Positions 37,926 to 54,200 of a stretch of DNA of 64,000 nt are shown piece by piece. The DNA is taken from positions 31,868,001-31,932,000 of the forward strand of contig NC_045138.2 of assembly GCF_008831285.2 (NCBI RefSeq), given 5' to 3'. Source of the DNA: Nymphaea colorata (taxonomy: Eukaryota). The stretch's first letter is position 1. Each line of letters begins with the position of its first letter. Made by a program: the position numbers and the translations under genes. A model generated the notes under the pieces. The model was given only the letters and a program-made list of their open reading frames with translations. It searched no databases and was not told where the DNA came from.

Positions 37926-38724
37926 CAAATGGCTTGGATCCAATTTTAGAGTTTCATACCCAGCTTCAGAGTGACATTGTCGGTTGTCAAGTAATGGCAA
38001 GATAAAGTATTCACTTATATTTTCACTTATATTTCGACCATCTAGCCTGCATTATGTTAATGCAATATATGACTGGCAGTTTATCAGTTTTTATGATTAC
38101 TATTCATCTAAAGCATCTTTATGATGACTGATAATGATCAGTCAGGTTTTGCAGTTCCGTTCAATGTTCAAGGAGGCTGCCATAAACTGGTCAGGTTGCT
38201 TTCTGCAGCTGGATCCTTCATAAACTGTGGAACTGTTGTTTTTGGTATTTGTTATTTTGGTCATATTTGAGGATCAACATGCACGTAAGTTACAACTGAT
38301 GTTCGGTCAAGCCTCATATGACATAGTCAAAGAGATTTTCTTTTCTCAATTTGCTAAGAAAGAATCTTGCTTGATCTGCTCTTTAGTTAGAATGAAATGA
38401 ACAACACTATATTTTTGTTTAAGAAATTTTATCAACATGTGAAGTTCTTCATTTGTTGGTGAAAAGAGATTGTCCACCCCAAAACCCAAACTGGATGAAA
38501 ATTTTGAGGATAAAAATGAGTATGAACCCTAACAGGGAAAAATTCCTCCCTCTGGAAAATTTCCCCTTCCGATGTGCCTAACAAAACTCCCTTGTCTGTC
38601 TTTTTCTAAATTGTTTTTTACCTTTGCTGCCAAACACTACTTGAAGACTTACTAATTTTATTGGCTTTTGCAGCAAGGAAAGGAGTAAACTGGTCGTAGT
38701 TGTAAAGGGATTTGCATTTCAAGC

Positions 38725-43354
<4,630 letters not shown>

Positions 43355-44325
43355 ATGATGTGGTTCTCACATGCACACATCAAAATACATCTTCGTTGGG
43401 ATGTTAGGACAAAGATTTTTCTCGAGGCATGATATGTAGTTATGCTATGAGCACGTGGTTGTCTTGGAACCTCGAGAGGATGCTGAATGATCATGGACTG
43501 CCTTTGCTTTTCATGAGTAAATAAAACACATAATCCTAATGGTTTGTCCATGTAGTCTCATGCTTATGGGTAGGGATATCTCTCATTTTGATCCGCAGAT
43601 GGGTGCCTCCGCTAGGAGGCTGCTCAACAGAGTTTTACCACACTAATGTGGCTGCTGTATGAACATCATGCAAAGAAAAGAGAAACCAAGTCATTTCTCC
43701 TGGTTGTAGTCTGATCCAGTAGTGAATAAAGGAAAAAGATTGACCTTGTTGGACACTTGTTGGATGGAGTCTTGAAAAATGAGTATCCTTTTTGGAGGCT
43801 TTCCACAAGAAACTTTTGTTATGGCCATGTAATAGCACTTGGCCTGAAGTAACCATGTGGATTTTTCATTGCATTAGCACCTTTTGTGCCCACTGGCTTA
43901 GTATGTATCAGTAAACTACAAAAATGACAAAGTATGTTTCTCATCTTTTGAATTGATGTACACCAGTATTTGTTTCTTATCTTTTGAATGGATATACCTT
44001 TTATATTTGATATTTAGGTATCTTAACTGAGAAATTTTAGTTGCCTTGTATATTTGTCAAGTTTGTAGATGCCCGGGATAAGTAAAAGCTAGAATCTTAT
44101 GATAGCAACACTAGCAACTTTCGTTGAATGGTTAAGGCAAAGCCTTTTTGCCGATTTGCACATGGCAAGTCTGCATTTGTAATCCTGCCCTTTATCAACT
44201 TGGACGTTTTAGTTCATCCTTACGGTAATGAATATGCTTTCCCTGGGGATTTATATTCATGATGCACTGGAACTTGCACCGAAGGTGCTTAGAAAAAAAT
44301 AAAACAAGGTTAGGGCATCGGTGCG

Positions 44326-45059
44326 TTACCATAAGAAAGATAAAAACCCGGCCATAGAAGAACTCTGCGGGATGGATTCAATACTCTTAACAATGTACTG
44401 AACTACTTCTTTGTCTTCATGCGAAAACAATGTCCCAGGAACCTTCCATTGAATCTGAATGATCAATTATTATGGCTTGTTAACAGAAAAAGCGTTAATA
44501 AAAGCTTTGCATAATCTAAACCACTGGACTTTCACCCTTGAAAAAGGTTTCATGGATAATACAAGTTTTTTCCCTGACAAGCGTGAACAAATTTAATCAA
44601 CGGACTGTGATCACTAAACTATAGTAAGATCATGGACTTGTTTAGATTATCGAAGTAAAAGATGTAGTTTGAATGGAATGAACAACGGACGTTCTCTTAT
44701 TCCATGACATCCTCAGTGTTAGAGACCCGAGATACAAGGGCCTATCCTCAGTGTTAAAAGACTCGAGACACCAAGGGCCTGCCCAATATGGTGCTTCCAA
44801 TTGGGCTAAACTGAATTCGATTTTCTTCATATTTGTCATATTGCGTGACGATTCATGCTGAATACCGATAATAACTCAAATGAATTTGGAATTGGGTGGC
44901 CCTCGAAATTTAGATTAATTTTAATAAGAGACGCATTACGCTAATTCATAATATTAATTTAAACCTCAGTTGCACCATGAAGCTAAGTTATGATATTGAT
45001 AGTTACAACGAGAACCGTGACATTATACTGACAAAGTCGCAAATATTAGGCCCTTGCGC
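44326..45059 (-). pseudogene. Putative decayed four-exon gene of unknown product (weak PLAT/LH2-like pattern)
   Basis: Exon candidates 45059-44965, 44901-44638, 44573-44522 and 44454-44326 join in one frame across GT-AG introns of 63, 64 and 67 nt, once a 35-nt tandem copy (44709-44743) is removed. Four internal stops remain. Confidence 0.4.
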
Positions 45060-45287
45060 CTACAAAAATATTGCCATTTTTTATACATGGTGTTTGACAC
45101 AAATACGTAGTCTTTTTGTTTCAAGGGAGGTAATGGTCAAGTTGAGAAAGGGAGAGGGTAAAAAAAAGGCGTATGAAGAGATCTTCCTTCCCCGCATACG
45201 CTTCAAAGTATGCATTTTTTCCTATGATTTTAAAACCATCTATACATTTTTTATACACCTTTCTCAGGTCAAAAATTTCCCTGTTTT

Positions 45288-48200
45288 TCATTTGTAGCAA
45301 CTCTTCATCTCGTGCCACAGGCACAGCAACGCGTCGATATCATCATCAGAAACGTTTCTAATTTTCGAGATCCCTAACAAGCTTTTCAGCCAATCCTCAT
45401 GGAGAGTTGAAAATTTTGACCTTCCTTCACTCGACTCAAAGCTCTTGCTTACCCATGACTTCATAACTTGACTAGCACCGCGTGCTGCTTCGATCACCGG
45501 CATTGGGACCCCAGCCATGTGTGCGACCTCCATGCCATAACTCTCTGGACATGCTCCTGATGCTAGCTTGTATAGAAAAACAAGCTCCTTACTGCCAGTA
45601 TCAGAAGACGAACCAGGTAAGGCTGCAGCTTTCGTCTTGAACATGCAGGCCATATGCTGCAAGGAGACGCATGGATGGGAAGCAAACTCTTTTGTGAGAG
45701 GGTGATAATGTGTGGCGAACAGCAATCTGCAGCGCACTTTCTCGACCATATGCCTGAGAACCTGGAACAAGAAAGGAACAGGATTGCAATCAAGCATAGA
45801 GGAATGAAAGTGCAAAAGGAAATTCACTGGATATACAGGGAACACGTCCATGATCTCTCACGCTTCAGCCAAGCCAAAGTAATGAACTGAAAATAATAAC
45901 CAAAATTTAGGAGGTTTCATTGCAAGGACCTGCTAAAGCGATAGTGGCTAAGTTCATCTGAGCTTAATTTAAAGTCAGAATAACTGGGCAGGCAAGGGTA
46001 GGCTTTTAACTTTTGTTCGGAAAGTAAAAGCTCCTGAGCAGCATGATGAAACTTTGAAATATAAGACAACCAAAAGAATAAGCAATGTTGGATCAGCAAA
46101 ATGAGTTAAGAGTTAGGACTGCACACAGCACTCATTGTTCAGTCTGTCATAAAGCAACTAAACGTCAACCGGAGAACTGGGCAGAAGCTATGCCACAGCA
46201 AACCACTATAACAGTCCAGCTTGATTGTTGGTGGAAGTGGTGCAAGGTGAACTCGACTCTTTTACAAAGGAGTAAAATATGTAACCCTTTTACAAAGAAA
46301 TAAAGTATATTCAAAGGCAAAATAAGCTCTTTGGTAAAGGTTTTGCATAGGCTTCTGTAGGATCATTTCACCTTTAGCCAAAATTAATCCGATAACGAAG
46401 TGTAGAGGCATATATGAGTAAATGTTTTGCGAAATGGAGAGCTTTTGGCTACAAGCAAAGAATAGTTCAAAATTGTCATATGTCAAAAAAAAGCCTAACA
46501 CATCATAAAAATGTGGAGTGACGAATAACATACAGGACAAGGATTCGGGACTTACGGCATAAGCAATAGCATAGCCATCAAATGTAGAAGTTCCACGTCC
46601 TAGTTCATCAAGAATGACAAGGGAATTCTGAGTAGCATACTTCAAAATTGATGCAGTCTCTGCACATTCAATAAAAAAGGTGCCTGCAAAAACAGATGCA
46701 TCTTTTCATCTCATAAACTTAAGATAGGCACGTGGATTATGAGAAAATATGGAATCCGAGTGGCGTCTGACTTGGAATGGATATGCAATACTTATTGTTC
46801 ACCCTAACCTGGTATCATATGAACTTCTGACAATGCCTACAAGAAGACAATAACGAGGAGAGGGTGTGTTGCAATCTCATGTATGCTATCTTCAATATAT
46901 GTTAACGAATATATGCTGTACAAAAGTGCCCCTGTGACCACATATAGAATACCCACTTTAACATGGACAAGAAAAGCACCTACTTGGGTTTCAACACTGA
47001 AGGTGGAGCTTGTTCTTAATTCCATCCCACTTCTTGTGTGTGTTCAAGAAAAAGGTGAAGCAAGACAAAATTTTAACTAGGTATGACATGCAAACAATGC
47101 AGCAAAGATGTACTGGATAAGGTATAGTCTCCCTCTATGTTAACTTCTAGCATCAAGATACTGCCCATTTGTCTAAGTATGTTTTCTAATCAAAAGAATA
47201 TGAATCAACGAAGCATTTTGCTGCATGTAATGAAACCAACTGAGATAAGTGCGCATTTCGATGGCACGAGAAGATACTAACTCTCGCCAGAGATTATACG
47301 ATCAGTTGCACCAAGGCGTGTGAAGATAACATCAACAGGTGATAAGACACATGTTTCACAAGGGACATAGCACCCAAGCTGCAAGGAAGGGAAAGAGGAA
47401 ATTTAATCAGTGGTTGAAGCTTCATCAAAACTCAAAGAGCAGTCTTCTTCAGGTCAGTGTATAATCCTCAATGCACACCTGTGAAAGTAAAATGGCTAGA
47501 CAAGTAGCACGTAGTAGGGTAGACTTGCCACCCATGTTTGGTCCAGTCAATAAAAGGCCACAAGGATGGTGCTCTACTGCATCCTGACCAAGAAGTATGT
47601 CGTTTGGGACAACACTGTCACCATTCTCCAGAGTAGCATAAGGATGCCATAGATGTTTTAACCTAAGTATAGGGCCAGCATTTCCATTTTTCAAGATTGG
47701 AGAACTATCTACTGAGACAAATAGTGGTCTGCAGATGGAACCACTTGATGAAATTGCTGTAACTGCAAAGGATCGCAAAACATCAATGCAACTTAGGGCA
47801 TGAATCACTTTAGACCATTGATTCATCTTTTCAGTGAACAGCTCCACAAGCACAGCCAATGTTTCAGCATCTCCGACATTCACATTATGGTCCTGGATGT
47901 GAGACAAATTAGAGATGTGATCATTACTGAGCAACCAACAGAAGTTAAGAACAAAAAGGGAATATAAGAGTGCCTAAGAACTAAGCATTGCTCCATCTCT
48001 CCTTTCAGTATTATTGATATCATGCAGACACAGCAGGTCACTACAAGTATAACCTAAACAAAGTCACGGCAAAAGGATCAACGCCGAAGAACACAAAAGA
48101 AGAAGATAAAATGAGAACCGCTCCAGAAGAAGCATCTAGTATAGCAAATGCCATGACATATCTCCAAACCTGATAATGTGGAAAGTCGTCATCAAAGGCT

Positions 48201-51200
48201 GTTTCTATTTGCTGGAGATGAACAGCAAGGTCCTCAAATCCAGTCTTCACCAAAAGGTCCAGATATGTTAGTATAGACAAGCTTCCATGATCATTCCGTA
48301 CAAGTATTAACATGTCTAGACCTGTCCTTAGTCCTTTAACAAGAGATCCAAATACTTTCACCTGAAAGGCATAAATGCTTCAGCAGCAGAGTCCACACAC
48401 CAAGATACACTAGCATTATGTCTCATGAAAAAGTGATAAATTCCGACTTCACGGTAAAGTGGAAAATTGCCATGTGATAGGAAAATAGAAAAGATTTTCA
48501 TCCATACAGAATGAACATATAGCATTTCTATCTGGCCATCTGCTATGCCTTTACAGTGACAAGACCAATCGACCTAACATTCAACTGCATAATGCATATT
48601 TTGCACCTAATAAATTGCAACTAAGGAAATTGACCGATAAAAATAGCCACCATTTCTCTTCACCACCTCACTTGCTTAATTATCACCAGTACCACCATCA
48701 CTAACAATAACTCTGCCTCTCCAAGACCAAATCATGAGACTAGGAAGCAGAAGCAAGAGGCAGAATATGAAGTGGACATGGGAACAAGATATGGAAAAAA
48801 AAAGAAGTCACAAAGTGACAAGCATGATACTACTTAGAAGCATGTGACAATTACCATTTCTAGGGTTTTTTGTTAGTTTTCACGTGTGAATAGTTTAAAG
48901 CAAGCTTCATGCTCCTCGTCTGAAACTTTCTATATAAAGAATCAGATGCGTTGCTCCCTTTGATAACAACTAGATCATTTTTTTTATTTATTTTCAAGGA
49001 TGTTAGTACAATCACATTGTTATTGATTTATGTGAATGTGTCATTGTCAAAAGCAACTTGGATGCTCACATGCATTAAAAGGACTAATTGGGAAAATGTT
49101 TTAAAATGAGAAATATTGGGAGATTAAGATACTTTCTTGGAGTTGAAGTGGACAGGAAATGTCGCAAACTAATTTTGACTCTGCACACATACAGGTTGGA
49201 TCTTTTGAGCAGAGCAGGGATGAATGATTCTAACTCCCTAGCTGCCAAGCTTAGCTCCCAAGATGAGAATGTATTTGATGATGCCATAAGATATCGAAGT
49301 AAAGTTAGGTATGGCCTTTGTTATCCTGTAAACCAAGTTGGATAGTTTAAGCATGGGCTATGAACTAGGCATATGCAAAAAAGGATGATATGATATTTAA
49401 AAGATGCATTTAAGATGGGATCTTGTATAAACCATGTGCGATAGTAAAGAGAGGACATAAAGATGCAGTTTGGGTAGATGATCCTCACGAGCATAGACAT
49501 AAAGATGCAGTTTGGGTACACAATCCTCACGAGCATATGTCATTCTCAAGATATTCCTTTCTTTTTTTTTTTGGAAAAAACTTGGTGTGTTGAAGAACCA
49601 AGTAAAAGACTGTTGCTAGGTAGCACTGAAGTAGAATACCAATCCATGGCTGTGGTAATAGCTGAAATCAAATGGTTTAGGTATTTGTTAGCGAATCTTG
49701 GTGAGAATATTTTGGCATCACCTTGTGTGATAAACTGATAATAAGAGTGAAATATAAATATCATTAATCGCATTTACCATAGCCTTTGCACTATCATCAT
49801 TGAGTTATTGCTATGTTGTGCATACAAACAAAAATATCACACATAATATCATTTCTCACTCTCATGTTTATGGACTGAAAGTGAATTTGTGATGCTTCTG
49901 CTTCCTATGTTGTTTGATCGTTCCTGGCCATGCTTTGCTCCTTAAAATCTAGATTTGCCACTTCAACTAATGAGAATGAGCAGGTAGAGGTGCAAAATCC
50001 AAACTAGGCAACATATCCATTTGGCACTTGAGTACCTGACCGAGTCAGGTCAGGCTCAACAGCTACAGAACCCAGCCCAATCTCCACCCCTTCATGGAGG
50101 CCAGGATTCATTAACCACATTTATGAACACCATCTATCATATTGTCACATTATCACATTATCTGACAACACTATGTTGTGCACAGTGGCAGCTGACAGAC
50201 CCTGCTCTGATTGCTGACTCGCTGATTGAAGTTGTGAGTTGTTGCAGAACCCACACCTGCACCAGCACACAGTGCAGGTACGACATGGGTCAGGCAACCT
50301 CTAGGCTCTAACAAATCTGCTTGACAGGTTTCACATATTAAGTGCAAGAGAAATGAAGGTGAAACAAGCAAAGCTTCCTAGTTAGAGATGATAAGTCAAT
50401 ATCAAATGGAAAACTTCTATTTGATTTATCACCATGAATAGGAAGTATCACTCACGTTATGGGAGATACCGAAGAACAATGAAGAAACAAGAAGCATAAC
50501 TTACTCTTTGCTTCAAAATTTTTTCCCCAATAAAAGGAAAAGATAGCATGGAAGATGACCCACTGTTGGCCTTGACATGTCCCAAAAGCCGCTCAAGATC
50601 AGAAAGCTTACATAAATGCTGTTCAATCAATAACATAATTTCTGAATGATTCATCATCTCCTCTACCACATTAAGCCTCTTATTAATTTCTTCAATATTC
50701 TGTAAAGGGTGACAAATCCAATTCCTCAGAAGTCGTTTGCCAAATGGGGTAATGCAGTGATCAAGATAGCTGTACAGTGTCCCTGAAAAGAAGGCAAGTG
50801 ATGTAAGCCCCAAATCATCACAAACTAATAGAAGAGAGAAAGAAAAACCTTGCCAAGCTCTATCTCTCTGTCTCCATATATACACACTCACCCAACACCT
50901 ATATTTCAAGAGGAGAAATAAAACTGGCATGCATAGAAGTTTCAGCAAAAGATAATGAAACAGAACGTAGTGGTTTCATAAGCATAAAGTTCTGCTAGCA
51001 TCACTACTCTCATGTCACTTAACTCCTTTCAGTTACAAATACAAATTTTTGCAAATAATTTTGCTTTGGTTCTGACGGGGATATAAGTATAGCTCATATT
51101 TTGCATGTTGTTGATTTTGAACAAAAAGGAAAAAATCATCTAAATGTAATCAGTTTCCCAAAGCATGTGAAGTTAAAATCGAGAATATTGGAGTTCATAA

Positions 51201-54200
51201 ATGGGAAGTCTGATAAGAGTAAGAACAACATCTGCAATTACTTCTCTGTTGATGGAAAAACTAAAGCCCTCCCTCCTCCACCATGCCCCAAAAAGACAGT
51301 AAAAGGTAAATCTTATTAATCTAGACATACAGTTCATTAAGGAATTCTGCATCTGTTTACCAGTCCTTCATTTTGGGGTACATTAAACCTTAGACCGGTA
51401 AACTGAACTTAAGAAGCGAAGTAGGAAATTTCATTAATAAATGGTTGGCTTAAAATTTGGATAATTCAAGTAGTTTCCTTCGAACGAGAAATTATACAAA
51501 TTCTCCTATATGCTTCTCTAAATATTAGTTAATCCACTATTATCTGATTGAATGAATTAACCCTCAAAATCTTCCAAACAAATAATGAATTTATGAATTA
51601 ACCCACACATATGTTTAGTAGAGGATAAGGTCATGCTAGTTTTTTTTTACTTCGTGTTGCAAAAAGTACCGATAGAATTCATTTCGTGGTGCATCTATTT
51701 ACCGCAATGTGTCATGACATTGTTAACTGTTAGGGACTTAGAAGCACAGATGTGCTTAATTTGGTATGAGGTCATGCTACAATTTTTTTCATGTTGCAAA
51801 AGGTGCCAAAAGATCCATTTCCAGGTGCATGCTCATTTTCACAGCAACAGAAAGTAAAGTTTTTTTTCCTTTTAAAAATGAGAAAAACTTTTGACAGAAC
51901 AAGCTTTGAGTCATATCTTACCTGATGTACCACCATCAGCATTGTTATTGAAAATCTCAAGGTTTACAAGAGTCTGACCATCCATACGTAGTGAATTTCT
52001 GTAAATTTCATAAGGTAACAATTCGCCATTGCGCAAAGCATCACTTAACTGTTTTAGAAGGTCAAGTTATCAGCATAACTCAATCCAGGAAAGGGACCTG
52101 TGCATGAAAAGCATTCAAGAAGCCTCACCATGAACCTAGACAGATGTTTAAGAAGTGCACCAAGGGCACTCAAGGCAACTTCTTGGTGCACAATGCCATC
52201 TAATGCAGAACTCCACAGATTAGTGGATCCACTAAAGTAATCCTCTGTCTGAATCAGCTTGTGAACTACATCAGCATCCATGAAATCAGTGCCAGGTAGG
52301 ACCCCACTCATTTGTGGCAAAGTAGAACCTGGAGAATCCATGTTTTCCATTTAGATTATGATGTGTGCAATAGAAAAATTATTTCCTAGACATAAAAGAT
52401 CAGCTTCACATAGCAGGAATATATTTATTATGGTGTGCCAACTGTCAACTACTCACAAAGATCACTCACCATCAAAGAAGGACAATCAATATGAAAATCC
52501 TTCTTTGGATAGGTTCACCTAAACAATCTCATAATAAGAATGGTCGTAAGAAAGATCAAGCAGAAAAGAAGTTTCGACTCTTTTTTAAGGCATGTGGAAA
52601 GAAACCATGATTAAAGCACTACATCTTTGATTATCACTAGTCATCCTAGATCAGAGAAACAAATGTAGATATTAATGGTATTTGCCTGTTTCTGGCTCTA
52701 TACTTTATGGAAATAATATTATTTCTGGTGCCATTGCTCCTACTTCTGTGGCTATCAGGTTGCAATAGAGCTAAGACTAATGTTCAGAGGTTTGGGAAAT
52801 TTATAAATAGGAATAAGCATTTTGATGCTCCAGCTTATTATCCGGATATACCAAGAGAGGTGTATGGTCTAATGAGGCTACCATGAAATATTTGCTCATG
52901 GGTGGGGCCAGCACTTCAGTTCCATGTGATTTGCAGTTTACACATCAGCTAACAACAATTATTCTTGATTCCAACCCCAATTTTCCTCTCCCCATTTACG
53001 AAACAGCATGTCAGCAACACTATATATCCTCCCAGCGCAGATTAAAATCCTTAATGAAGAACACTAAAACATAGAGCAAAAAAAGCTTAAGGAATAAAGT
53101 TAATAAACATTTACACTAGAAATATACATTCACAACATGGCATACCTCAAAGATGAAACTGACAATCTAAAGAGATGAAATAACAAGGTCATTACATAAT
53201 GAAAACAAAAACATGGTATTACCACATGAAGCATATTTTTTCATTGCTTTGTGCGTGTCCTTAGTAAGTCCTGCAATTTATGATTAGAGTCAGTTAGTTT
53301 CTCAGTTCAGATACAGTAGTCCTCAAGGGCTTCTAATCACCATGACAAATATCATTTACAAGTTTTTATTGATGAGGCTTTCTCAAATATCAATAGAGAA
53401 CCTTGTTTTTCCTAGAAAATTTTCAACTCAAAAAATTTAAAAATTAAAAAAAAATAGAAAAATTATGAAAAGTTCAGTTTTCTATTACTTTTGTTATGAA
53501 AACACTGAGAAAAATACAAAATAGCTGATAAAATGTTAAAAGAACATCAAAAAATTAAAATACATAAAAGATATTTTCTTTAAAAATGAGAAAAACACAA
53601 AAAAGTTGAAAATTGATATTTCCAATTTTTTTTTTTTCAAATATCACAATTTGTTCATGTTTTTTTTTTCTTTTTCTTTTTTCTTTTTTTATTTTTGGTG
53701 AGACAACTCTGAAATTTGTGACACGCTTCTAACTGATTGAAGAGTCGAAGACAGATAAAACTCACTCACCTCCATTTTCATATATCACTTCCTTAGGAGA
53801 CACCTGAGAAAAGATAGTCAAGTCATTATGTATGTTTGTTCTTTTCTTTTTGGCGCCAACAGGCACGAGAAAAGAGCACTTACATGCATGAGCAATGCAC
53901 CCAAGCCTGAGCAAGAGGTATCATCACAGAAGGAGCCCACCCAAAACATTAAAGCAGCAAAATCCACAAAAGCAAATCCATACACAGAGGAATTCATTCC
54001 ACCACTTTCAAAGTTTTCCTGAAAAAGAATTTAGTGGAATTATTATACTATAAGGAAAAAATAACTGTAAAATTTATTTAATATCAATAATAAATTTTAA
54101 AAAAGCAGACATTAATAAAGAGTTAAACTCGTATTAGGTTCAAACATGGAACTGCCTGTCTTGCTACATGGTTACAAAAGCAACAGTAAAGAAATTTAAC

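Noticed and set aside
37332..38000. 222-aa minus-strand ORF
   Set aside because: Low-complexity GC/CT-rich part of the solo LTR; it crosses the element boundary.
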